Positions 1 to 8,427 of a stretch of 64,000 nt of DNA are shown in pieces. The DNA comes from Minisyncoccota bacterium (GTDB taxonomy: Bacteria; Patescibacteriota; Minisyncoccia; Phycocordibacterales; UBA9973), in contig JARLIG010000008.1 of assembly GCA_031291825.1 (NCBI GenBank), positions 5,674 to 69,673 of the forward strand, in the 5' to 3' direction. Position 1 is the stretch's first letter. Every line of letters begins with the position of its first letter. A program made the translations under genes and the position numbers. The notes under the pieces are model-generated. The model saw nothing but the letters and a program-made list of their open reading frames with translations. It did no database searches and was not told the origin of the DNA.

Positions 1-747
1 TCCACTAGCGGCATTTGTGCTGAGGTTTGCCCAAATGTAAGGCACCGACGAAGCACCTGAACCACCTACTGTCGTGAATTGAAGTTGTCCAAGAGGAACT
101 GAGTATGGCTGTGAACCAGTATTTGTGGTTCCAGTTTTAATATTAAAGGATAGAGTTTGATTAACTGATGCTGTAACAGCAACTTGGTCGCTATCTAAAA
201 TAGGAACAGTAAATGAACCAGAATCAGAAGGTGTGACGATGGTTATATTAGGTGTTGCGGTGGATGAAGGGTTTGTGAGGTGCGCGTTAGAAATGAAAAC
301 AGTAATTACATCGCCAGCATTGAGTGGATAAGTAGGAGTACCTGTAGGCGCAGTAAGGGTCAATGTGTTAGATCCATATGAAGCACCCCAGATAGTCGTT
401 GCACCAGCGGATGAAGCCATCGTTTCACCAGCGGCTGCACAAAAACCAGCAGCACTTGAAGTACCGTGCTCCAGACCAGTCGGACCGTGACAGACGTTTA
501 CATCACCGAAAACTGGCGTACCCGTAAAGGTGGCAAAGTTTATCGCGATTGTACCGCCGGCGGCAATTGCTGCAGTAGTTTTAAAAGCTATCGTATGTGA
601 TGACAGCGTGCTGACTGCTTGACGCGACATCGTATCTGATATTTTTGACAACGGACCCGTAGCATAGGTAAGTTGTGGACCGACAAGGAATACAAACAAG
701 GCGACTATCGTAAATGCACTAACAAACTTTGCAAATATATTTTTCAT
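1..747 (-). CDS. Secreted Gly/Thr/Ser-rich hypothetical surface protein; 5' part, truncated at the window edge
   Basis: Open minus-strand frame with ATG at 745-747. The N-terminal sequence MKNIFAKFVSAFTIVALFVFLVGPQLTYA looks like a signal peptide, followed by low-complexity T/S/G-rich sequence. It is absent from the ORF track because it runs off the window. Confidence 0.5.
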   Translation of the reverse strand, partial: MKNIFAKFVSAFTIVALFVFLVGPQLTYATGPLSKISDTMSRQAVSTLSSHTIAFKTTAAIAAGGTIAINFATFTGTPVFGDVNVCHGPTGLEHGTSSAAGFCAAAGETMASSAGATTIWGASYGSNTLTLTAPTGTPTYPLNAGDVITVFISNAHLTNPSSTATPNITIVTPSDSGSFTVPILDSDQVAVTASVNQTLSFNIKTGTTNTGSQPYSVPLGQLQFTTVGGSGASSVPYIWANLSTNAASG

Positions 748-847
748 TTTTTTAAAGATAATAATAATAACTCTACACATAATACTACTTTGCTTAATTT
801 TAAGTAAGTAAAAATATACATAAACTGTGGATAACTCCACAGACAAT

Positions 848-893
848 CCCAGACGTTGGACGTCTGGAAGAATACAGACGTCCAACGTCTGGG
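848..893. repeat. Palindromic repeat element: two inverted CCAGACGT-arm hairpin units, intergenic
   Basis: CCCAGACGTTGGACGTCTGG followed 9 nt later by GACGTCCAACGTCTGGG. The same family occurs at 34177-34224, 44772-44819, 54452-54499 and 61520-61537. Confidence 0.8.
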
Positions 894-897
894 AAAT

Positions 898-2592
898 TTA
901 AAATGTACTCGTCGCGATAAAATTAAGTGTATCGCTATAGTCATTGTGGGCGGGAGTAGCGGTACTGTTTTCTGCATTTACCATAATTTCCGCGCGTCCA
1001 GAATATAGTGCCGCATTTCCGGTATTGTAAATAATTTGTGGTGAAGTAGTGACCACTCCGACAGTATTTACATGTCCGGTTGTACAAGTTGCACCATTGA
1101 AAGGGGAAACCATATTAAAAGTTCCACTACCGTTTACGAGATTATCTTTGTCACAAATTCCATAATTGGCAACTCCAGGTGTCATGGTTGCGGTGGCAGA
1201 TGGGATAGTATCACTAGGCTTTGAAATAGATTTCAATGCGCCATTGGCTGACGAGACACTGACAACAGCTCCACTGCTTGCGTTGGTTGTCAGGTCAAAC
1301 CAAATAGAATTGATACTGCTTTCGTCGGAGTTGGAAGCTTGCGCAGTGGAAAGTATTCCTAAACCTACAGAATATGGAGCATAAGTTTCAGCGCTGGTTG
1401 ATGATGTGTCGTAAGTGCTTAATTTAAATGTGATGACTTGCGAAACAGTGGCTGAGGCTTCATTAGAAGTTCCAATAACATTACCGAATGCGTCTAAAGT
1501 CTGGACTACATAATAATATGTACCTGGAGCAAGACCTGTGTATGAATAGCTCGTAGCACTTCCGACAGAAGTGTAGGTGTAAGGACCGCCCGAAGTGCTT
1601 GACCATCCGACATTGTATCCAGAGACTGTCCAACCACCGACCGCGGTGGACGCAGGCCAGTTCAGATTTACTTGAGTGGCGACGGGTGTAGCAGTCAAAG
1701 TGCCGAGCGTGACTTGTGGATAATATAAAAATCCAAAATGCCCGATGAAATTTGTCGAAGACGCAACGTCAGTGAAAATAGTGTCACTGGAATCAATCAG
1801 TTGGAAGTTGGTGGATGTGCCATAATCGCCCATGGTGTTCATTACTGGGTCTTTGATAATAAAAGTTGAACCAGTCATACTGTCACTATCTATTGCTGTT
1901 GTCACTGCTTTAAAAGCAACGATATTTGTGTCGCTATTACTAGAAGCAGATAATGTTCCTGTGTTGTTGTAAGAACCAGCTGGTTGACTTATACCTTGTA
2001 CAATATAAGTAATCCATCCATGTGCACCAAAACTATCAGAAATAATTTGTGAAAATGGAGAATCAGGAGTAATAGATGATGTATCAGGCTTCAATTCTCC
2101 AAGAATTAAATCACTGCTACCAGTCGTAGTAATACTTCCACTTGAATAACTTGTAGAAGATGAAGTAAGGTTCACATTTCCGCCGTCATATGGATCTGCC
2201 GTTTTTAAGACACCACTATATTCCAAACACGACATAGTAATTATATTACTTGCAAACCCAGACATAGTTATTGCAGTGTTTCCTGCGGTAGTGTTGTAGG
2301 CATAAGCTACACCTACGTATGCATCAGACGAAGCAGTAACTTTTGTAAAAGAATCTCCTTGTGTGTCAGAAAAACTTATTCCAGATATACCTTGAAAATT
2401 AATTCTATACATCACCAACAAAAGATCACCAGCTCCTGTTGAAGAAAGAGAACACGTTGCAGTAGTGCTATTCACATCAACGGTTGTAGATTGGACTAGA
2501 TTTATAGATGCATGGGCTTTTGGTGCGTCAACAAAACCCATAGCAAAAATTAGAGAAAATATTATGATTGAAGGAATTATTTTTTTTATCAT
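898..2592 (-). CDS. Secreted Ser/Thr-rich hypothetical cell-surface protein
   Basis: 564-aa ORF with an N-terminal signal peptide (MIKKIIPSIIIFSLIFAMGFVDAPKAHA). The rest is low-complexity S/T/G-rich sequence with no recognised catalytic motif. Confidence 0.6.
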   Translation of the reverse strand: MIKKIIPSIIIFSLIFAMGFVDAPKAHASINLVQSTTVDVNSTTATCSLSSTGAGDLLLVMYRINFQGISGISFSDTQGDSFTKVTASSDAYVGVAYAYNTTAGNTAITMSGFASNIITMSCLEYSGVLKTADPYDGGNVNLTSSSTSYSSGSITTTGSSDLILGELKPDTSSITPDSPFSQIISDSFGAHGWITYIVQGISQPAGSYNNTGTLSASSNSDTNIVAFKAVTTAIDSDSMTGSTFIIKDPVMNTMGDYGTSTNFQLIDSSDTIFTDVASSTNFIGHFGFLYYPQVTLGTLTATPVATQVNLNWPASTAVGGWTVSGYNVGWSSTSGGPYTYTSVGSATSYSYTGLAPGTYYYVVQTLDAFGNVIGTSNEASATVSQVITFKLSTYDTSSTSAETYAPYSVGLGILSTAQASNSDESSINSIWFDLTTNASSGAVVSVSSANGALKSISKPSDTIPSATATMTPGVANYGICDKDNLVNGSGTFNMVSPFNGATCTTGHVNTVGVVTTSPQIIYNTGNAALYSGRAEIMVNAENSTATPAHNDYSDTLNFIATSTF

Positions 2593-2631
2593 GAATAAAT
2601 ATTCTGGTTGATATTATATTGTAAAATATTT

Positions 2632-2660
2632 TTGCAAAATAGGCAAAAATACACTAAGAT
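2632..2660 (+). promoter_or_regulatory. Putative sigma70-like promoter for the tRNA cluster
   Basis: TTGCAA at 2632-2637, a 17-nt spacer, then TAAGAT at 2655-2660, about 10 nt upstream of tRNA-Thr. Confidence 0.3.
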
Positions 2661-2669
2661 AACCAAGTC

Positions 2670-2745
2670 GCCGTTGTAGCTCAGTTGGTAGAGCACGTCA
2701 TTGGTAATGACGAGGTCATCGGTTCAATCCCGATCAACGGCTCCA
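2670..2745 (+). tRNA. tRNA-Thr (anticodon GGU)
   Basis: Cloverleaf by eye: acceptor GCCGTTG/CAACGGC, D-arm GCTC-AGTTGGTA-GAGC, anticodon arm CGTCA-TTGGTAA-TGACG, T-arm ATCGG-TTCAATC-CCGAT, and an encoded CCA. Confidence 0.85.
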
Positions 2746-2750
2746 TCTTT

Positions 2751-2809
2751 GCCGACGTAGCTCAGCTTGCCCCGCCTTGGCGGGGTGAAGTAGAGCATGA
2801 GAATTAGAA
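2751..2809 (+). pseudogene. tRNA-like 5'-half fragment (acceptor plus D-arm) with an inserted GC hairpin; not a complete tRNA
   Basis: GCCGACGTAGCTCAG resembles the 5' end of the upstream tRNA-Thr. It is followed by the hairpin CCCCGC-CTTG-GCGGGG and then GAAGTAGAGCA. No anticodon arm or T-arm can be built. Confidence 0.3.
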
Positions 2810-2883
2810 GCCGATATAGTTCAGTGGCAGAACACTACTTTCGTAAAGTAGGAACATGGGTTCGATTCCCATTCTCGGCTCCA
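2810..2883 (+). tRNA. tRNA-Thr (anticodon CGU)
   Basis: Acceptor GCCGATA/TCTCGGC with one mismatch. D-arm GTTC-AGTGGCAG-GAAC, anticodon arm CTACT-TTCGTAA-AGTAG, T-arm ATGGG-TTCGATT-CCCAT, and an encoded CCA. Confidence 0.8.
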
Positions 2884-2893
2884 AGAAAAAATT

Positions 2894-3784
2894 ATGGCAG
2901 AAGAAAATAATTCAACAATAGATGAACAAATAAAAAAGCTGGAGGAAGAAATGGTTAGTCCAGATTTTTGGAGTGACAAAATAAGAGCGCAAAATGTTTT
3001 AAGGGAACTGGCGGAATTGAAAGAAAAAAAAGAAGGCGTGAATAAATACGATAAAGGTAACGCCATCGTCACCATTATTTCCGGTGCGGGCGGAGACGAC
3101 GCCGAAGATTTTTCCAGTATGTTGCTTGCCATGTATATGAAATATGCCACGAAGAGAGGTTGGGGAATTTCTTTTGTGAGTGAACACAAGAACGACCAAG
3201 GCGGATATCGTAATGTTTCTTTTGAAGTCGAAGGGAAAAATGCTTATGGCACCTTAAAAAACGAAGGCGGAGTGCATCGTCTCGTACGCGTTTCACCTTT
3301 CAATGCAAAAAAATTACGGCATACTTCTTTTTCTTTAGTGGAAGTCTTGCCGAAGTTTTCCAAAATGGAAGAGCGCGACGTTGTATTGTCACCGGACGAT
3401 TTAAAAATAGAATTTGCGCGTTCCGGTGGTCCCGGCGGACAAAATGTAAACAAAAGAGAGACAGCTGTTCGCATCGTTCACATTCCGACAAACATTGCCG
3501 TTAGTGTTCGTACGGAACGTTCACAAGAACAAAACAAAGAACAAGCGCTCGCGATTCTTCGCGCAAAAATTTTCAAAAAAGCGGAAGCAGAAAAGAAATC
3601 GGTCGAAGAAAGTATGAAGCTGACTAAAGATACAGAGATTGAATGGGGCAATCAGATACGTTCTTATGTTTTGCATCCATACAAAATGGTCAAAGACCAC
3701 CGCACCGGCGCGGAGACATCAAACGTAGATGAAGTTTTGGATGGCAACTTAGATATTTTCATTGAGGCTGAGAAAAATTTGTGA
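2894..3784 (+). CDS. prfB: Peptide chain release factor 2
   Basis: Contains the SPF tripeptide (RVSPFNAKKLRHTSF) and the GGQ motif (SGGPGGQNVNKRETAVRIVHIPT). At 296 aa the N-terminus is short. There is no upstream frameshift segment, because a tRNA sits immediately 5'. Confidence 0.9.
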   Translation: MAEENNSTIDEQIKKLEEEMVSPDFWSDKIRAQNVLRELAELKEKKEGVNKYDKGNAIVTIISGAGGDDAEDFSSMLLAMYMKYATKRGWGISFVSEHKNDQGGYRNVSFEVEGKNAYGTLKNEGGVHRLVRVSPFNAKKLRHTSFSLVEVLPKFSKMEERDVVLSPDDLKIEFARSGGPGGQNVNKRETAVRIVHIPTNIAVSVRTERSQEQNKEQALAILRAKIFKKAEAEKKSVEESMKLTKDTEIEWGNQIRSYVLHPYKMVKDHRTGAETSNVDEVLDGNLDIFIEAEKNL

Positions 3785-3796
3785 TAAGATGAGTAA

Positions 3797-4465
3797 GTGA
3801 TTTATTTTAATAACGTTTCTAAAATTTATAAAGATGCCACTGCGCTTCTCGATATTACTTTTACGGTTGAGGCAGGGGAATTTGTTTCTATCGTCGGACA
3901 TTCCGGCGCCGGCAAGACGACTCTCACAAAAATGATTTTAGCGGAAGAGAATCCAACGGATGGAACTGTTTTTTTTGAATCAATCAATGTGCATAAACTA
4001 AAAAGCAAAGATTTGACCAAGCTGAGGCGTCGTATTGGCGTCGTTTTTCAGGATTATAAATTGCTCTCAAATAAGACTGCTTATGAAAACATCGCTTTTG
4101 CGATGGAAGCAGTCGGTAAAACAGAAGAAGAAATTGCTTCCGATGTTCCACATGTTTTAGAACTGGTGGATTTGAGTCATCGGGTGAGTCATTTTCCACA
4201 CGAAATGTCTGGTGGAGAACAACAGCGTCTAGCAATTGCACGTGCTATCATCAACCAACCAGAACTGATTATTGCTGATGAGCCGACGGGGAATTTGGAC
4301 CCAGTGAACACGCATGAGATAGTGCAGATTCTAAAAAAAATAAATGATTTGGGTACAACCGTGATTTTAACCACTCATAATCGCGGAGTAATTGATTCGC
4401 TTAACAAGAGAGTCATTACGATGGAGAATGGTAAAATTATTCGAGACACCAAGACTAGCAAGTAA
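3797..4465 (+). CDS. ftsE: Cell-division ABC ATPase FtsE
   Basis: GTG start. Walker A GHSGAGKTT, ABC signature LSGGEQQRLAIARA and Walker B IIADEPTGNLD. It sits immediately upstream of ftsX. Confidence 0.9.
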   Translation: MIYFNNVSKIYKDATALLDITFTVEAGEFVSIVGHSGAGKTTLTKMILAEENPTDGTVFFESINVHKLKSKDLTKLRRRIGVVFQDYKLLSNKTAYENIAFAMEAVGKTEEEIASDVPHVLELVDLSHRVSHFPHEMSGGEQQRLAIARAIINQPELIIADEPTGNLDPVNTHEIVQILKKINDLGTTVILTTHNRGVIDSLNKRVITMENGKIIRDTKTSK

Positions 4466-4480
4466 TGATATAATTCACTT

Positions 4481-5404
4481 ATGCCCATGACCAAATTTAA
4501 AAGAATAATCAAAGGCGGGTTCATAAACTTCAAAAGAGGTGGGATCGTTTCTTGGGCAGCGGTTTTAGTAGTCACCATTACTCTTTGTGTCATCACCTTA
4601 ATTATTCTTTTTCAAGCAGTTTTGCATTTTTCTCTTGACCAAGTCGAAAATAAAGTTGACGTGACGGTTTACTTCACTGTGGGCGCTCCGGAAGACCAGA
4701 TTCAAGCATTAAAAACTTCCTTGGAACAAATGCCGGAAGTGGCTTCTGTCGACTATACATCCGCCGACGATGCTTTAGCGCTTTTCCGCACTCGTCACGA
4801 AAATGATTATCCGACAATTCAGGCCTTGGATGAAATAGGAGAAAATCCACTCGGTGGATATTTGAACATTAAAGCTAAACAAGTTTCCGAATATGGAGAC
4901 ATCGCAAATTTCTTACAATCCGATAATGTGCTTTCTCTAAACTCAGCTTCGATTATTGATAAAGTAGATTATAATCAAAATGAGTTAGTGATTGATAGGT
5001 TAAATACGATTATTTCTAATGGACAAAAATTAGGCTTTTTAATCACTTTGATTTTGATAATTATTTCTATAATTGTTACTTTTAATACAATTCGCTTAAC
5101 AATTTTTATTTCCAAAGAAGAAATCGGGGTGATGGGTTTGGTTGGTGCCTCTAGAATGCACATTCGCGGACCGTTTATGATTGCTGGAGCAATTTACGGA
5201 ATTCTGGCGACGATTATTACCTTACTGCTTTTTTGGCCAGCAACTCTCTGGCTTGGACACAATATGACTGCTTTCCTAGGAATCAATATGTATGACTACT
5301 ATTTAGCCAGTTTCTTCCAAATTTTTACAATTCTTTTGTTATCGGGTATACTACTGGGAGTTATTTCGAGTTTCTTGGCAGTCAGGAAGTATTTAAATAA
5401 ATAA
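4481..5404 (+). CDS. ftsX: Cell-division permease-like protein FtsX
   Basis: 307-aa membrane protein with the FtsX topology: one N-terminal TM, a periplasmic domain, then three C-terminal TMs. It is adjacent to ftsE. Confidence 0.85.
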   Translation: MPMTKFKRIIKGGFINFKRGGIVSWAAVLVVTITLCVITLIILFQAVLHFSLDQVENKVDVTVYFTVGAPEDQIQALKTSLEQMPEVASVDYTSADDALALFRTRHENDYPTIQALDEIGENPLGGYLNIKAKQVSEYGDIANFLQSDNVLSLNSASIIDKVDYNQNELVIDRLNTIISNGQKLGFLITLILIIISIIVTFNTIRLTIFISKEEIGVMGLVGASRMHIRGPFMIAGAIYGILATIITLLLFWPATLWLGHNMTAFLGINMYDYYLASFFQIFTILLLSGILLGVISSFLAVRKYLNK

Positions 5405-5409
5405 AAATA

Positions 5410-7065
5410 ATGGCGATTAAAAAAGAAACAAAATATATTTTCGTGGTGGGTGGCGTTATTTCCGGAGTTGGGAAAGGTGTTACTGCCTCCTCCTTAGGAC
5501 TTATTTTGAAAAATCGCGGACTCAATGTTACTGCTATAAAAATCGACCCTTATATCAACGTAGATGCCGGTACGATGAATCCGACCGAACACGGAGAAGT
5601 CTTTGTGCTTTCTGATGGAGATGAAACAGACCAAGATATGGGCAATTATGAAAGGTTCATGGATTTAAATTTAACCCGTATAAACTATATGACGACGGGC
5701 CGAGTGTACAAGACAGTTATCGAAAAAGAACGAAATTTGGAATACAAGGGAAAGTGCGTGGAAGTCGTGCCGCATATTCCGCTTGAAGTTATCGGGCGCA
5801 TCAAGAAAGCTGGCGAGATGGCGAAAGCGGATGTCGTGATTGTGGAAGTAGGAGGCACTATCGGAGAATACCAAAATATTTTATTCTTAGAAGCTGCTAG
5901 AATGTTAAAAATGGAAAGTCCCAAGGATGTTATTTTTGTGATGGTTTCTTATTTACCGACGCCTGGTAAAATTGGCGAAATGAAAACCAAGCCGACTCAA
6001 TATGCTGTGCGAACTTTAAATGCCTCAGGTATCCAACCCGATTTTTTAATTGCTCGAGGCGAGTCAAACTTAGACGAAAAGAGAAAAGAAAAGCTTTCTA
6101 TTTTTTGCAGTATGCCATGTGAGAGAGTTATTTCTGCTCCGGACGTAGATAGTATCTATGATATACCTATTAATTTTGAAAAAGAAAAATTATCTGATAA
6201 GTTGTGTGATATCTTAGGTGTGGCTTGTAAAAAACCAGATGCAAAATTGTGGAATGCTTGGAAAAATTTTGCAAAGTATTCGCACAATGGTAAAGAAGTT
6301 GTAAAAATCGGAGTGGTGGGAAAATATTTTGATTCAGGAGACTACATGCTTTCTGATTCATATCTTTCCGTGATTGAAGCGATAAAATATTCGGCCTACT
6401 CACAGGGCAGGAAGCCAATAATCTCTTGGTTAAATTCTGTTGATTATGAAAAACATCCAGAAAAACTTAAAGAATTAAAAAAATTTGACGGGATTGTTGT
6501 GCCGGGGGGTTTTGGTTCACGTGGAGTAGAAGGGAATCTAAAAGTTGTAAAATTTGTACGAGAAAACAAAATTCCTTACTTTGGACTTTGTTATGGTATG
6601 CAAATGATGGTCATCGAATACGCGCGCAATGTTCTTGGTTTAAAAGATGCGCACACAAGAGAAGTCAGCCCAAGCTCAAAGCACCTAGTGATTGATATCA
6701 TGGAGTCTCAAAAGGAAATTTTGAAAAATAATTTATACGGAGGTTCGATGCGTCTCGGGAATTATGATGCAGTCTTGCGCGATGGGACAATTGCCAGAAA
6801 TAGTTATGGAAAGAAAGAAATAGTTGAAAGACATCGTCATCGCTATGAGGTCAATCCTTCATTTATCGGAGACTTGGAACAAGCTGGTCTAGTTTTCTCT
6901 GGACGTTCACCAGATGGACACTTGATGGAGATATGCGAATTACCAAAGAATAAACATCCATTTTTCTTGGGTACACAATTTCATCCTGAATTTTTAGCGC
7001 ACCCACTTCGTCCACATCCACTTTTCACGGCTTTTATCAAAGCTTGTATTCCAAAGAAAAAATAA
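5410..7065 (+). CDS. pyrG: CTP synthase
   Basis: The N-terminus YIFVVGGVISGVGKGVTASSLG matches the synthetase domain. The C-terminal class-I glutamine amidotransferase shows GLCYGMQ and a conserved His/Glu region. Length is 551 aa. Confidence 0.95.
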   Translation: MAIKKETKYIFVVGGVISGVGKGVTASSLGLILKNRGLNVTAIKIDPYINVDAGTMNPTEHGEVFVLSDGDETDQDMGNYERFMDLNLTRINYMTTGRVYKTVIEKERNLEYKGKCVEVVPHIPLEVIGRIKKAGEMAKADVVIVEVGGTIGEYQNILFLEAARMLKMESPKDVIFVMVSYLPTPGKIGEMKTKPTQYAVRTLNASGIQPDFLIARGESNLDEKRKEKLSIFCSMPCERVISAPDVDSIYDIPINFEKEKLSDKLCDILGVACKKPDAKLWNAWKNFAKYSHNGKEVVKIGVVGKYFDSGDYMLSDSYLSVIEAIKYSAYSQGRKPIISWLNSVDYEKHPEKLKELKKFDGIVVPGGFGSRGVEGNLKVVKFVRENKIPYFGLCYGMQMMVIEYARNVLGLKDAHTREVSPSSKHLVIDIMESQKEILKNNLYGGSMRLGNYDAVLRDGTIARNSYGKKEIVERHRHRYEVNPSFIGDLEQAGLVFSGRSPDGHLMEICELPKNKHPFFLGTQFHPEFLAHPLRPHPLFTAFIKACIPKKK

Positions 7066-7068
7066 ATT

Positions 7069-7689
7069 TTATTTCTTTTCTTCCTTCTTGTTTTTCTTAA
7101 TTACCTTTTTCTTCTTCTTTATTACCTTCTTGTCTACGAGGATTTCCTTCTCTAATTTTTTGATTTGCTTCTCTAATTTTTCTGTGCGGTCTGTCATTGC
7201 ATCTTTAAATTTATTAGTATGAACATTCAACATATCCGCGACATCCATCATGTCGGTGATATCTTCAATTGCCAGCAATATCAACGGTTTCATTTTCAAT
7301 TCTTCCTTGAGATGCATCTGTCGGGCATTCAAAATCATTACCTTGCGTCCGATTAAGGGAAATTTATGAATAACCTCGAAGCCTTTGAAGAAGGTATTTT
7401 TAGGTAGAATTTCTTCGAGTAGTCTACGCAGGTCAGGAATGTCCCATTGTCCATTTCCTAATTCATAAACAACCTTCTTTTCGGTATCTTTGGCTTCTAC
7501 TTGAAATGTGCGATAAAAAGGTTCATTGGCGGCCAAGACTCTTAAGTCTTTATCTAAAATTAAAACTGGCTCGCGAACGACATCTACGACTGTTTTGATG
7601 TAGGTCCAGCTTTCGTCCCAAAAACGTCCCACAAGGTCGATGGGTTCAATTTCAGAGCTTTTACTAGTCTGTGTTTTTTTTGCTTTCAT
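7069..7689 (-). CDS. PAS-domain protein with a lysine-rich C-terminal tail
   Basis: PAS-like core (EPVLILDKDLRVLAANEPFYRTF...GRKVMILNARQMH). The C-terminus is KKKKKVIKKNKKEEKK. Confidence 0.55.
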   Translation of the reverse strand: MKAKKTQTSKSSEIEPIDLVGRFWDESWTYIKTVVDVVREPVLILDKDLRVLAANEPFYRTFQVEAKDTEKKVVYELGNGQWDIPDLRRLLEEILPKNTFFKGFEVIHKFPLIGRKVMILNARQMHLKEELKMKPLILLAIEDITDMMDVADMLNVHTNKFKDAMTDRTEKLEKQIKKLEKEILVDKKVIKKKKKVIKKNKKEEKK

Positions 7690-7855
7690 ATCAATTTAGA
7701 CGTTTTAAAATATCAGTCATTACATTAACATTATTATTTAAAATATGCTATACTGCGTGTAGTAATATATACTCGTTTTATACGTTATATTTTTTCCTCT
7801 TGTAATAAAAATATACCTCACACGGCTCCATCTATACTGCTTTATCAACACGGCA

Positions 7856-8368
7856 ATGAACAAAAAAGAAGAAGAAAGGCAGCAGGCCATACTAACCGTA
7901 GCGCATCGCGATTACGAGAAAGGCCTAAATGCGCGAGCTTTTTTTAAAATTAGCAATCGTGAAATTAGTGAAGATTTAGTGCAAGATACTTTCATTAAAA
8001 CTTGGACCTATTTAGTGAAAGGAGGGAAGATTGAAATAATGAAAGCTTTTCTTTATCACGTCCTAAACAATTTGATTGTCGACCAATATCGAAAACATAA
8101 AACCAGTTCACTCGACTTGTTGATGGAAAAAGGTTTTGAACCTGTAGACACTGAGGCGAAAATTTTCTCTGAAATTTTAGATGGTAGAAAAGCTCTACTG
8201 CTTATCGCACGACTGCCAAAAAAATATCAAAGAGTTATGCGAATGCGTTATGTGCAAGACCTGACACTTAAAGAAATGTCGATGATTACTGGAAAATCAA
8301 AAAACACACTTGCCGTGCAGGCTTTCCGGGGACTCGAATTACTTAAAGCTTTACATAATACAGAATAA
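7856..8368 (+). CDS. RNA polymerase sigma factor, sigma-70 family (ECF-like)
   Basis: Region-2-like sequence (DLVQDTFIKTWTYL...YRKHK) and a region-4 helix-turn-helix (LPKKYQRVMRMRYVQDLTLKEMSMITGKSKNTL). Confidence 0.8.
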   Translation: MNKKEEERQQAILTVAHRDYEKGLNARAFFKISNREISEDLVQDTFIKTWTYLVKGGKIEIMKAFLYHVLNNLIVDQYRKHKTSSLDLLMEKGFEPVDTEAKIFSEILDGRKALLLIARLPKKYQRVMRMRYVQDLTLKEMSMITGKSKNTLAVQAFRGLELLKALHNTE

Positions 8369-8380
8369 AATTTGCATAAA

Positions 8381-8410
8381 AAAACTCCACTGGTTAGTGG
8401 AGTTTTTTTA
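8381..8410. terminator. Bidirectional rho-independent terminator
   Basis: Hairpin ACTCCACTGGTTAGTGGAGT followed by TTTTTTT. It lies between convergent genes. Confidence 0.7.
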
Positions 8411-8427
8411 TGCACAAGTTACTAATC

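Noticed and set aside
744-977. Track ORF 744..977 (-)
   Set aside because: It spans the intergenic palindromic repeat and overlaps the 3' end of 898..2592. It is likely not coding.
1166-1384. Antisense and overlapping short ORFs from the track inside long genes (e.g. 1166..1384, 8705..8956, 9242..9541, 9998..10438, 37870..38280, 47290..48570 set)
   Set aside because: They lie wholly inside, and antisense to or out of frame with, long ORFs that have clear signal peptides or domains. They have a low-complexity composition typical of shadow ORFs.
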